A DNA stretch of 56,961 nucleotides, filler included, from Sphacelaria rigidula (lineage: Eukaryota): the NCBI GenBank assembly GCA_964200075.2. It is 4 parts of 4 records of this genome, joined end to end, with 100 filler letters (N's around TTAATTAATTAA, not from the genome) between each part and the next. Parts side by side here need not be neighbours in the genome. Positions count along the whole stretch, not along the records: positions 14,269 to 28,435 come from CAXNAA020002417.1; positions 28,536 to 42,699 come from CAXNAA020002418.1; 2 more parts are not named here. One strand, written 5' to 3'. Below are positions 25,452 to 39,200 of this stretch, piece after piece (position 1 is the first letter of the stretch; each line of letters opens with the position of its first letter). The translations under genes and the position numbers were made by a program. The notes beneath the pieces were generated by a model that was given only the letters and a program-made list of their open reading frames with translations, did no database searches and was not told the DNA's origin.

Positions 25452-28061
25452 GTACGTAGTATGGGTAGAACTGGGTTTAGGACGATGAAAGATCATGTTT
25501 TGACCGTGGGCTCTGCGGTACATGGTGGTGTTCGGATCTGAATCTTTGTTGTTACCATGCTATATCGTATACCGTCGTGCGACATCATCTTGACCCACCG
25601 TCAGTACTGTAGGTGACGGGGTATAACACCCCCGACTTTTTCCGAAGAGAGCCAAAGAAACCTAATTTCAGTTACAACCCCGCAACAACTGGCGGTCCAC
25701 AAGCAGTACACGTTGCCACTCGAATTGAACACCTATTTTTTCGGTGCAGGCATATACGCCAAGCATGTATGAGCCCACCTGACTCCGGTGGTGGCCCCAC
25801 CACGGGTCGTAGTGAGCATGTTGGGCCATATGTTGAATGTTACCATTAGTGTTAAGCCCTTGATCGTCATGGCGGTCCCTTTGGGCCTTGTACCCGTCTT
25901 GTAGTGAAGATAATGACACACACGCGTTTTCAAATGAAATGATCTCGTCTCAATAGATGACCACCCCTGGCCGTCAACGAGTTGACTGTTGTGCCGGAAG
26001 TTTGGTATGTTTTTTGGACAGGGGGCGCAGAAATTGGTGACTGGTACACAGATGAACCCTTTTGGAGCTCACAATGGAGAAATGATCATTTTCAATTGAT
26101 GGTTTTTGAGCAAGACATGGTTGATGGTTCACAGCTCAGACGCAACGATACGCGCCAAATGCGTATTTTTTAGACTCGGGAACCCATTGCTGTTTTTTTT
26201 ATAGAATGTTTCATAAGGTTCTTGCTAATTATTGTCGATGGATACAGTTGGTTGGACACAACTCATCCGTTGCGTGGTATGATTGAACAAACCTCACCCG
26301 ACCTCTCCAGGGAGGACACTTTTACTGCACCCGCCGCGTGTGCTACTGGACTATTCTTCGGTGTTCCATTGCTGCCGTCGGCCTCTTCTGTTTCCATCTC
26401 TTCCTCCTTGTCAGGGCTTTTGAAGCATTTGGCCCGGGGACAGGAGGGGAGGGTTCCAAAAGGATTAAACGAACTCACGGGACGGTCTTGTGCGGCGATT
26501 GCCGGCTTGGCAATCCAACACGCGCAGAAAACATTGAAAGAAAGGTGTACGAATATGCTCACCGCTAGCCCGTGTGAAAGTTAACTCTACAGACCTTCCC
26601 CTCGAAAAACTTACGCAGAGGCTCGTGCATGATGGAGTTGGTGCGGATACAGAAATACCACATGGGAGGGGAGAAATCCCACGAATGCCTGTCAAGGAGA
26701 TCATATGTTCACAGTTCCGTTTTTTCAACCTTAGCTATTCCCTGCAAATTAAAATACAGTACGGATAATAGCACCCTTCCAGGATGGGGTTTCGCCATGT
26801 ATCGCCCTGACACAACAAAAAATTGGGAAAATGTATGTTTTCTGTGATGGACCTGTTTCTTGTACCAATATCCGTACATTCTAGGTATGTCGAGTGAAAA
26901 TGACAAAGAAGCTCGTCTACTCGTACACGAAAAATTCCAGAAGAAATTATATATTTGTTTGGAAACGTGAACTGCTGTACGTATTACGGGCGAGCGGGCG
27001 CTGTGGGCTCCGCTTTACAGGCTAGATCGCTTTTTCCTTCCACCATGAGCGTCCGCGCGTTCGGAGTGAAATTTCTTCACCGTGTTGCAAGCTTGATCGG
27101 AATCCCTAGTCTCGCCCGGGGGCTTATTGCTGTCCCGACAGGACAACAAAATTCTTATTTTTTTCGCTCGTGAGAACTTCAAACTCGTCCCCTTTTTCGG
27201 AACGATGCCATGGTGTCCAAGGCGATCGATGGACCCATACCCCCGTCCCCGGTACATACGGTATAACACACGCCCTACATTCGGGTCAATCGTGGGATTG
27301 ATTGGATCGCAAAAGAAAGGAGCTCCCATCGTACCGCGTCAACTCTCGTCAAATGAAGTTTCTTTCCGACTCACGTCTTCTCACTTTTTCAACGACGGGA
27401 ATCAGATATACTGTACTTGTCGCACACACACACACGCACGCACACACACACACGCACAAATTAATCTGCACTCTGCCGGAATTCCAACCCGCGCAATCTG
27501 CCGTCCTACAGTAACAGGTACGTGTTGTACTAGTTGTGCGATCGAGGCGCGGCGGTGAGGTGTTTTCCCCAATGCTCTTACGCACGTCAAGCGACGCATA
27601 AGAAATAATGCCATTCACTCAGCGTGGGCGCTTTGCGGGTAACAGTTCCGCGTGTCACCCAAACCTCTCACATCAGTCAAGCAGCATCATGGGGTAGCAG
27701 TGTATTTACCTTAACCCCCGTTTTGAGCATGTGGCGCTATCGCACAGGAGCGCCCTTCACTTCGCCCTCTCGGAGAGAGTGGAACCGAAGCGCGCAGCAT
27801 CTGAGTGCTTCGCTTCTTTTTTTGGGAGAAAGTGTCTTGCTACGTACAGCACCGTGCTGCAGAGCGAGAGAAGAAGAGTTCGATTTGTTGGAAAGGGAGC
27901 GACGATTGATCGACCGGAAGGGCCAGCCACGTTATGTATGTATTGTATGTATACGGAGGTGTGCAACAATGATCATCATCTCGGAAGGGGAGTGCCTTGC
28001 CCCTTGCGAACAGACTGGAGAGCAAAATTGGGCTGGAATATGGGGAAGGGGTGTGGGTGGG

Positions 28062-28340
28062 GTGCACTCGTTTGTTGCTTGCCTTGGTTATTTGACCGTT
28101 GACCACGCATCCCTTTCGAGGCGGAGCACCGTTCCTACTCCTAGTGGTGACACCTTCAAGATTTGACCGCTCACTACGTTTCTTCCATGCATTACACAAG
28201 GACCTTTTTTCATATCTTATCCCCGTCCTGTTTCGCCGTGTGTGGCCACCATCTATCTCGTAGTATAGAGATCGTCATCTCGCTGTCTAATGTACCAAAC
28301 GATTACATGCCAACTTCGTTTACTTCCCACAGTTGCCCTG
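28062..28340 (+). mobile_element. Dispersed repeat family B, long copy
   Basis: G-rich run then GTGCACTCGTTTGTTGCTTGCCTTGGTTATTTGACCGTTGACCACGCATCCC...; homologous to 13553-13880. Confidence 0.8.
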
Positions 28341-28435
28341 GGGGAGTATATCGATCGTTTCATCGCTACTATATAACGCACCTCACGATTACATGCCACC
28401 TTCGTTTACTTCCGGCATACCCCCTGGGGGGGGGA

Positions 28436-28535
28436 NNNNNNNNNNNNNNNNNNNNNNNNNNNNNNNNNNNNNNNNNNNNTTAATTAATTAANNNNNNNNN
28501 NNNNNNNNNNNNNNNNNNNNNNNNNNNNNNNNNNN
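28436..28535. other. Artificial contig spacer N44-TTAATTAATTAA-N44
   Basis: Same 100-nt linker. Confidence 0.98.
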
Positions 28536-28607
<72 letters not shown>

Positions 28608-28839
28608 CGAGATGGCGGCATTCTTAGGGGTGATACGTTGTGGGCATTTTGTTAGTGCGTGAATTGAAAGTCTATGAGGATGCCATTGCATGCGTATGGT
28701 AGACATCGACATAACCTCGCTGTCATTTGTCGTAGAAGAAAACAAACTGCGGAACCAGAGCACCGAAACACCGCTTGTCACGTCGCAACATTGGTTATAT
28801 GCATTGTGCGCGAACGATAAAAACCATGAGTTACAGTAC

Positions 28840-30246
28840 CTTGACACCCAGCGTTTGGGCGTCATGCCCCCAGCCACTGCCTCCGCCATGCTCGTTTCAG
28901 CTCGCCCAATCTCGTGCCTGCACCACTGTGAGTTTTTAACCTCTGCCATATCAATCTGTGCCGTGCGATGATCAAGAGACCAACCCACCGTCCATTTCGC
29001 CGTAGCAGTCGACATGTCAGTCAGAAGCGGTCACCACATCGTGATTGCTTCCAAGACGAACGCGCCACGACAACATACACGTTATTCAAATATATATCAA
29101 AAGTGATGCTACGGCAGGGGGTGCAAGAATATTTTCTGAGATTAGAATTTTCAGGAGCATTTCATCTCATCCAAAACACGACTTATGAAATATGTTAGAG
29201 TACGCCAGGATTACTCTTCCAAGGTGCTAAGGATACTATCCCGAACGAATTGGCAAACGGGGATGCCCTGATCCATATTCGTGTGCATCTAGAATCGTTA
29301 GGAGCCCCTGAACCGGACAAGATTTTGGGCAAAACGTGCACCCCTACCATATAGCACTGCTGTCAACGTGTGCTACAAGGCTGTGTGACATTGTGATGAC
29401 ATGATATACCAGTATTTGTACCTTCGCTTTTTCGGTTACACGCTTGTAGCGCGATACCCCCATGACCGGAGCCCGGCAGTCCGGGCACAGCTTTAGCACG
29501 CTGCAGTCAGATTGCAGCGGCCTGGGCATGATCCATTCCCCGCTTTGCTTATCCTGCCATCGGCAATAGGGGTGGAGAAAGGAGGCAAACGTTTATGCGA
29601 GTGTTTTCGGCGTCTTTTGGAAAGTAGCGGCACGGATCGAGACACTTTCAAGCAGCCCACTATCTCTGAAGTGCACAAACCTTGACGTAGACTGACTCGA
29701 GGCCCATGAACCCGTCGAGTGTGGACAGCGTGTAGGCATGCCCGCAATCCAACACGATGATGGGCTCGAGCGACGGATCATGTTCCTTGAGCCTGGTTCG
29801 TCCACATGGCATATATATGATGGCGACGATCCGGATGTCCGGCACAATGGACAGGCCGAACCATCCCAGCACGAACGATGGCAAGGGCGGGGCAGGGACA
29901 CAAAAAAGGCGCCAAAGGCATCGACCATGATCGTCTTAGATTGCAGACAACAGCTCTCGACTGTGTTCCGTCGAAGATGAGGAGCAGCTATTTCAATGAC
30001 GTTTACTAGAACAACTAAGTGTCAAGGTAACCCGGTACCTCTCGAGCATGAACGCAAATACACGCACGTGGTGAACTCGAGCATGTCGACGACCTGGTCC
30101 ATCGCGCCACCAGATGTACTGCATTCCCTGCAGTAACCTGGGCCCGGACAACCTTCCCCACACACCGACGGACAGCGGTGCCCGCACGACAGCTGGCGCT
30201 CGCAACGCCTGAAACAGGATGCAAATGAGCGACCACGGGGGGAAGA

Positions 30247-30286
<40 letters not shown>

Positions 30287-33200
30287 CGTCATCTCAGGTC
30301 ACCCTGACAAGCCACGATAAAAATGTAGCATGACGTAGAATAGTTACATATGTCAGAGTTTTGAAAGTCTGTGCGGATTGAAAGCGATACACTTGGCCCG
30401 TCATGCCTCTCTCTCGACTCGGTGGGGGAACATTTCGGCTTTATGGCACGTCGCAATTTTTGGGCACCCCAAAACCCACTATTTTGGGCACCTTGAAGTC
30501 GACGCAGTCACAACGCTGATATCACGTAGACATTACTGAGTCCACGCTAAACCCCCACCAGATATGCAGCCCACAGTGAAACCGAAGTAGATGCTGACCC
30601 GAAACGAAAACATAAAACCGGATCATCTCGTCGCGACACTACACTGAGAGCTAGCGTACTGACATCGATATCATGGCTGAAACTTGTGATTTTTCGCATT
30701 TAATCAATGACGAATGAAGTGCCATTTCGACATCACACGCCTTCTAGTATGTCATGATATCGTATTCACCCGAGGAATCGAATAGTCTCATTTCATCGGT
30801 TACACCCAAAGAATTCCAGGTAGAACGCCATCTGAAATAGAGCAGTTCTTCACCCCTGCCCCTTTCCAACCTTTAAGTAGATGCTAACTCCAAAAGGTCT
30901 AGGTGTCTTCATCACAATGTGCGGGCACGTTAAGGTATTATAAAGAGTAATGTTATATCCAAGTCGCGACGTGTCAATAGCATTACCCTATTATAAACAT
31001 GAGAAAAAAGTGTCTACTTTCGATGTGCCATGAGGATATCTGTTTGCCTTCGGCTAACCCCTAGCTCGCGGGACTTCACGCGAGAGAAGCGTTTACACAG
31101 CCCACAGCGCAGAAGCTGTTGCTTGTACGGATGGGCCAATGCACACGGTGTCAAAACCGCATTATCCCGTGTCCTCCTGCGCATCATATATGCCGTCGAA
31201 CATATGACAAATCCAGGGCAGCTCACCTGTCGCAGGGTAGGCGAACACAAGGTGCTCCACAAGGTAGACGGCATGGACCCGCTAGGTGCGGACAGTTCCA
31301 AGTGCAGCTTTCCGCGCATGGAGCGCATGGATCTGAACGAGACCCCGCAGAATCGAGAATAACGCGTGCGGTAGAAGGACAGCATAAAGGCAAGTTATGC
31401 GCTTGACTTGTTGACCTTGAGCCGCCCCATGTATGGTCGCGATACACGCATTTGATGACGCCATGTACGTTTTGAACACAAGCGACTCACCCAAAGCACT
31501 ACTGCTAGGATTCCCCTCCCTGCCATTTGTCAAAAGGCGGCGTGATGGGATGTGTGTCGGAAAACTCGAAGGGAATAGACAGACTCGCGGGGGATGCACC
31601 TCGCGAGACCCCACTTGCGCTGCCCAGCAAAAGATAGAAACACAAGGATACGTTAGGACGCCAATTCTCCGCCCCGGACACGATAAACGCCACGAGCACC
31701 TTCACTAAGGATCTGTAAAAAAATGGAACCTGGAAAAGTATCGTCTGGGAGAATGATGCCCGGAGAGGCATTATTTTCGAGCCGGTTTTTTATCCTAAAA
31801 AATGCGTTTCAACCGTCACAGCCGTATCTCATCGACACTGATGAGTTGGGCTGTGATCCACATGTCTTATTAATCGCCTAGTCAAGGGGCAGATATGCTC
31901 ATTTGCTCTACAGCGTGGGCAAAGTTTTTCTCGTCGACCAAACGCTGTGTCGAGTAAATTTTATGACGTACGGGTATTATGGTACTTGGAGGCGCTCTTG
32001 TAGAGCGTAAAATGCCTCTACGTCCGAGCCAGGTATGAAACTGTTTTGTGTACGGTATACACCCAGACAATATATGGTCAAAATATGTAATCAACTAAAA
32101 ATGTACTGATTCAAGTGTAGGCCACTATGGGTCTATACCTAACTCAGTATATATATTGTCTATTGCATCTATTGACCATACTTGTCGAGGGTGTAGTACG
32201 GTGCAGACTTGATCGAGTTGGATATCACGATCCCGACCTGTGCAGGTCAATGTGTCTATTGGAAAATAGTTGGATATGGATCGTGGGTCAACTCGGGATT
32301 GTTCGGCAGAGTATCGTTTTGTATTGGGCGGGTTAGAAGACCCCAGATTACTGGTCAGAGGCTTGAACCCTGCCATGGATATTTCTTGCCTCGGTTATTC
32401 CGCAGAGCACCGTTCTGTGTTGGGCAGGTTGGAAAAGCGGCCGGATTACCTGTCAGGTGCTGAGACAGACTTTTCCATGCATGTTTCTTGTTTTTGATCC
32501 CGTTGGTGTTGACCGATGACGATACGTATAAAGTTTGTTTTTCTGAGGCAAGATAGTGAGGTGAGCATCGCGTCTGTCTCAGTCTGTATTTGGTCGCCAC
32601 AGCCACTTTGTCCTAGCCATGTAGCTAATCAACAGCTTCCGGGACAACATAATCTCTCTTGCTCCTGTTGACTAGTCGAGCATCTCCGGGTGAGCCTTCG
32701 TTGCGGTGAAGGCTTGTTCGATTGTACGGTGCCACATAGTTGGTTATTCTCATTGCTCTGAAGTTTGTTTGGTGCATCATAAATGTTTTGAGGCAAACCC
32801 GGACAAGGGCAACCCCATCGTACACTCCTTCTCTGGTGCGATCCAGGACACGATTTAGTTCAAAGAGTTGGCAAACCTCCTTCACGGGAATACGCTACAT
32901 TCCTTAATATTGAGATAGGGTCCATACTAAAGTCTATACGGAAACCCGAACGATACATTCAGCGGATGATCATGAATTTCGGTGTCAACATTATCTGGAA
33001 AACGGGGAAACGATGGATGCCCTCACCTTCACCTGTTCCGTTATCTTTCTGGAGATATGGCGGCGCGAATAACATTCCACACTAAACTCAAAGTGTTGTA
33101 CGCACAGGCACTAAATGCAATAATCTGATATTTTGACCTCGATGAATTGTGCTTTGATATTCGGTATGGGGTATCACAAGGACATATTGGAAGACAAACT

Positions 33201-36200
33201 GTGTGGAGCATTGTTTTTCTTTCACATGAGCTGTGAAACGTTGATATTGTTTTTTTGTCCTTGACTCAGCTTATCAGCTCGAGTTTTAGAGGTGCGCGTT
33301 TTCAATTCCAGTATTGAGAATCGCAATAGCAGAGCGGATTTAGCAATGCGTGGAACATGATTTCTTTCGTGAGTTGAGGACATTATCGTGAGAAATGGTC
33401 CTCATTACACTAAAACGTCCTTGACTCACAAAGTAGACAATATCCCGCAGATTTTTCCGTTTTTTCTCCTGCCCTTGCGATTCTCCCCTGGAGTACTTTT
33501 GAGCATGAGTCTCAAAACTGAGCTGCTAAACTACCTGCAACATACACTCCGCTTGTAGACTGGCGTAGCCTGTAAACCTGGGATTTTCACCTCATCTTGG
33601 GAGTTGCAATTCCAGACTTGGTGTGGGACTTTGGTAGGACATAACAAAAAGATCCCACCCTGTTTTGTTTCATGAGTTGGAGACGTTTTGGTGAAAAACG
33701 GTTATAGAAACCAGGATGGGGGAAGTGGTTTTTTCCTGATGCCCTGCCGATTCTGCGTACCAAATTTATTTATCACGACTCTCAAAATTGAGGTGGAGAT
33801 CCGCCAGTTCATAGGAGAGTGAGAGAGAAGGGGCTTTACATTTCCTGACCGCATGAAGAAGCGTTTTCACGGATCAGATTGATCCAGTTCAACGTGACCA
33901 GGTTATCGAACCCAATAGCTCGCTACGAGACACGTTTTACAGGTGCATATATATCTTGCCTTTCTGTTTGTTTTTTTTTCATTTTATTTTGTCGTACTTT
34001 GAACCACCTCTCTTCTTCGAGAAGAGCCTGCATTCTCAAGTGATCAGCCCATCGCCTCTCCCCGGTACACGCCTTGCATTTTGGTCTCGCGGATTGGATC
34101 ATGACCACCACTCCCACACCGCGTCAACTATCGCCACACAAACTCAGTCAACTTCCTTTTTGTTTTCTGGCGTACTCACGCTTTTTGACGTTTTTCATTC
34201 GCGCGGGGTCCAACCGAAACAAGAGATTACACCACATATAGCTGCACAGCCGAATATTGGAAATGAACACAGCACAACGTCGTCAGCCCTGTCAACACGT
34301 CAAGGATGGTTCTACCGTTCAAGGGTCTCCCGTTCGACCCCCCCCCCCCCCCCCCCCCCCACCCCCCCCCCCCCCCACCCACACACCCCCGCCCACACCC
34401 CCCCGCCCGACACGAGCTCNNNNNNNNNNAAGCTGCACACGCGCGCCGCCGGCATCACCGGGAAGGGCATCGCCTACGTGTCGGCGATGCCCGGCTTCCC
34501 CCCCCCCCCCCCCCCCCCCCCAAGGGGTCCTCACCGTGATCAAGATTAACGTGCAGCACACGTACCTGTGCAAGGCTGGGCGCACGATGAGTGCTCGCAC
34601 GTTAGCGCGCACCGTTCCGGACAGGGAGGACACACGCTCCCGTCGTGACATGGTCTCCTGCATCTATGCCCACACGGACGAGAACGACCGCACTCCTGGA
34701 GTGTTGAGTAGAGAGGGGGTGGCAAGGAGAGAATAAGGAAGAGTTGATCTGCCGGAGCGCTCTCGCTACACGGCTGCACGATACCTGACGGCGAAAAATA
34801 CGCTACAACAAGTGAAATAAGTCTACAGCACCCGTAACGTGGGTATGCAGCAAAACAGCGATGGCGCCAAGGGTATGAATCTGCGGAATCACCGACAAAT
34901 ATATTCGCACGCACATTCGAAATGAATTCGGCCCAGCATGCCATCACAGCAACGTATGCTGAAAATATTCGTCTGACTCACAGCTGTACAGGGCTCGTGG
35001 TGAGTTCTGGTCTTGGCTGCTGTGGTCACTGCCGCCGTGGCGCTCACCGCCCTTTCTACCCCCTCCAATGACGCTCCACCATCAGCCTCATCGGGCGTAC
35101 CAGAGCTGCTTGCCGCCCACACCCCCCCTCCAGCACCGGCGGTGGTGGAGGATATTTTCTGCACTTGCTCTTTTGTCGCCTCGAGAGTACGGCGTGTACA
35201 GCTCCCACAAGTGGCCAAGCACGCGTGGCCACACGGTAAAGGCCTGCGGCACCTGAAGCAAGTCACGAATTTTGCACGAAAAATGGTGGGACACCATCCC
35301 CACGATGATTTAGACATGTCCACAGCGCGGTCTTTCTCCCGTGACGCTACGCGCTGTATACCGTCGTCCACCGTTGCTGTGTTGTTTCTCTTAACGCTAC
35401 ACAGCACAAATATTCTTGAGGTATTTCAGGAGGGGAAATACACCGGGCCAGTCAAACGTTCGGGCCGATCCACAGTTCTGATAAATCTACAGCGGGCGTT
35501 TGTAGTAGCTTGAGACTACCTGTAGCTTCTAAGGAACTACGTAGATCTACGTCGATTTCATGTATCTACAGGGTTTCGACCGGTCAGTTAATAATTGAAT
35601 ACCAAAATGCGAGCTCAATACCCCACCCCCTCCCTGCATAGTCATCCGTTGTAGTGCATGGTGCCAGAAGCACCTGGTACGTGCCAGCGGTACGTGCCAC
35701 GGGCACCTGAAGACGCAATTCAGCGCCGGAACCACTCGAAAAATAGCAAGATATGCAGCGGTTAGCGCTAGCGTCAGGATTCGAGTCAGGGATAGGGTTC
35801 CCCCGGTATGGCCTTCACTCAAGTTTCACTACGAAGGTGCAGTGTAGTGATAGATTGCTCCGGACAGCGCTCCAGTTTCCCGAATGGATCAATTCCAGCA
35901 AATTGACCTAATTTTATAACATTCATTGGAATATCGTGAGAAATTACCTTTATTTAAGCTTAAACACATTATGGATCGAGACGGATCACCGAGCAGTGAA
36001 CATCTCATCCCCCTGCCATCAGTCAGGTGCCCCCGTGCTATCCTCAACGCCCATCCCCACTCGATCGTGGTGCAGTCACGTTTCCGGTTCCTTCACCGTG
36101 ATCGAATGCGCATCAACTTTCGATCTCCCCTCTCAAAACACGGAAGTTGCCAGTGCCTCATCCGGCCGGGACCTAAGGTGCCATTGAGGCGTGCCCGTGG

Positions 36201-39200
36201 AACGTGCCAATAAAACGTGCCAATGGCTCTGGCACCATGCACGATAATGTAAGGCATACCGCCCCCCCCCGGCCTCTACGAGCCTGGTCCGGCGAAAACC
36301 CGGCGTACTCCGTCCCGGCTTTATAGGAATGCGAGGTCAATGGTCCGATGACTATGGCATGCAAGATCATGAGTACACCACCCTCCTCCCCCCCCGGCCT
36401 CTTCTTTTTTAGTATGCACCTATTGGGGCAGCGCGTCGGATCATTGACTATAGCCCTCATAGCCGTGCATTCGCCTTTTACCATGTCCCCGCACCCAGGG
36501 ACTTCAAGCTTCACCGTTGCCCAGCATCTGTACATTGTCGGATAGTCGTGCAAGGAGTGTGGGTGGTTGAAGGGACAAGTCATGGAAAGACAAAGCATGC
36601 TTGTGATTTTGCAATGACTAAGCTGTTCGAGCTACCGTGCGCGAGGGACATCTCAAATTTACGTGGATGGCTTGGCAGTCTACGAGTCGCAGCGCAGTCT
36701 CTCACGCGTAGAAAATACGGCACGGTGGAAGCATCCTAGCCTGGGTGCATCAATTAACATACGTTGACTTCGGAATGTTCCTTCGTCAAAAGGGTACGTT
36801 GGGCTACCGTCTGGTCGGAAAAGGTGTCGCGATTTTGATAACGTCTTTTTACCCACCGTAAGTGCACCCATATCACACTTGCGAGTGTACGTTCTCCAAG
36901 AGAATAATCCTACGATAGGGGTGTGCTTGCCTCGAGCCACCTTTTGCACGAAGGAGGCAATTTACGGCGTCGAGGAATGCAGGGATTTTCAGTTAAATCT
37001 ATCTCGGCACGAAGAGGACACGCTTTTGTACACGTACAAGCCCATAAAGAACTTGCGAAAGAACTTGCGGCGGCGTCGAAGGCCCCCCATAAACCAACGT
37101 TTATCGTACAATCTCCCCCCCCCCTCCCTCTCGTAGCGTCACTGAAGAACGCTTCGGTGATGGTCAGGCGTTCGTCGCCAGCGGATAACCGAAACTGACA
37201 CATCGCGTAATGAATATTGCGATAGCTTCCGGAAATGGCACCCGAACAGCTCAATAAACGATCGGTGTACCGGCACAAGTGCACCCCGCCCCGTACTCGA
37301 GGCTCTCCTCACCTGATGGTCTTGGGGTTCCGAGAGGCAGCGCAACTCACGTTCTTCGCCTCATGTCCACACGGGAGATCGACCGTATCCACACGCTGGG
37401 TGCACGGACCGCATTCGTCCCCGCAAAGACTTCGGCAGTGTCGCAGATTTGGAGCCAATCCCCACATAGCGAGATCATATTCCATCATTTTCCCGGTTTA
37501 TCAGACATGAGTAGCAAGAACAAGTGTGGTGGCATGAAATATGTGCGGTGGGGGGAGAGGGGGGGGGGGCACGGTGGCGTTGACGTTATTTTCGCTCCTG
37601 GAGGACACCTTCAATGGCAAACAACAAAGGGTAGCGTTCGACGGATGCTCATTTCCCTCCAATGACAGTGTTCCCGCGGCAATACCAATTGTTTTTGTGG
37701 AATGAGTATGACGCTCTGTTGTTCCTCGCAACAGCAAACGATCTCGAAAACATCTTTGTTCCACGCGTAGCGTACATGTTCGCTGGCTGGTACGGGGGCG
37801 GATCTTATGACTCATGAAATCCTTCTTGGTCACGATGTGGTGCCGCATATGTGCAAGATACTGTAGTGCGGTTTCATCGTTCCCAAATATTTCGTATCCA
37901 TATCTTGAACCACAACGATATGTTCAACTGTCACATGGATCTTCAAAACACTCACCGAGTGCAAGGGTGCTCGCAGGGTTGAAGCAATCTCGGACACGGC
38001 TCGCTGCAGTGTACGCCGTGGTGCTCGGGATCATCGGGATGGCACCTGCACCGTGCAGCAGTGGTACGTCTTCAGGCATACAAAACGATACAGGAACCCA
38101 GACACTGCGCACGGGGCTCCGGCCTGGCACGTCAGACAGGCTCTGCTGACATCACAGGCCAAGGTACACCCAGGGAATCACGCCATAGAGCATGAGCAAA
38201 CGGAGACTAGGCCTGCCGGAGATGAACGAAGTCGAGACATTGCACTCTTTATCAGCACGAACGTAAGGGTGTACATTCTAAACTGTGGATATCCACGAAC
38301 CAACCCGTAGGCAACAAAGTCACACGTGAATGGGCTCGACGACCCACGGTCTATCATCGCAAGACGTGATGACCTGTAATCAATCGTGTCAGCGCCCGTG
38401 GCGTTGTCGTGGGTGGCCGTGGCCGCGTACGGAAGCTCGTGTGCAGTCAATCGCCTACGCCCAACCAAACGTATCCGGCTTGATTGATGGATTGATTGAT
38501 TAATTGATGGATTGTCGCACTTTAACTGACCCCCCGGGGGTCCAGCCGGGGTGTCATGATAGACGTCCCCAAGAAAAGCAAAAGTGAAACACTCGCTGAA
38601 AAAGAGGTTGCGACCCATATGTCTAATGAGCGATGTTCATTCGTGCATTTGTTGCCACTGGAACATTCATCGATGGGTCGTGGGTCGCCGCCATCAACAG
38701 ATGATCGACAATCGTCTACTCGCTGCACGGTCAGCAGATATCAGTTCTGTTATGAAAGTCAGAGAGTATACATACATGACTAGAAATATGAAGTTCCCCC
38801 GATTTGCGGTCAATTGAAAAACAAATCCCATGTTCGTGACGGTGACACCAACCATCTATGCCAGTAGCCGTCGGTTTAAGGGGACCACTGCGAAACAGCA
38901 CAGGACAGTTGTACGCCGAATTGATTCGATTTTGTCTATTTCCACATATTAACTGATCCCCGAGGTTGTCATGATGCAGCAATAGTCATTATCCGCACGA
39001 TAGACGTACCCGAAATGTAAAAAATAATCGCCGAAACAATATCGAAGAAAAACAGATAGGTAGAACATAAAACAGAGTAGACCTAGAGGGGGGACACAAA
39101 TAATCGCGTAACAAAGACAGAAACGAAGACAGCGAAATTAACTACTACAAATGTCCGGCCTCTGCAACATGGCTTCTGTCAAGAAGATCTTGCGTTCAAA

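Noticed and set aside
28536-28607. 72-nt poly-G run and the resulting poly-Pro ORF
   Set aside because: It lies at a contig edge; the length is unreliable and consistent with a sequencing artefact.
33350-33800. Degenerate duplication of about 270-300 bp in a ZNFX1 intron
   Set aside because: Two highly diverged units with no termini or ORF; ordinary decayed repeat.
34338-34521. GC-rich fragment (KLHTRAAGITGKGIAYVSAMPGF) between a 10-N gap and C-runs
   Set aside because: About 70 nt next to a gap and homopolymers. Most likely a mis-assembled or contaminant read, too short to support horizontal transfer.
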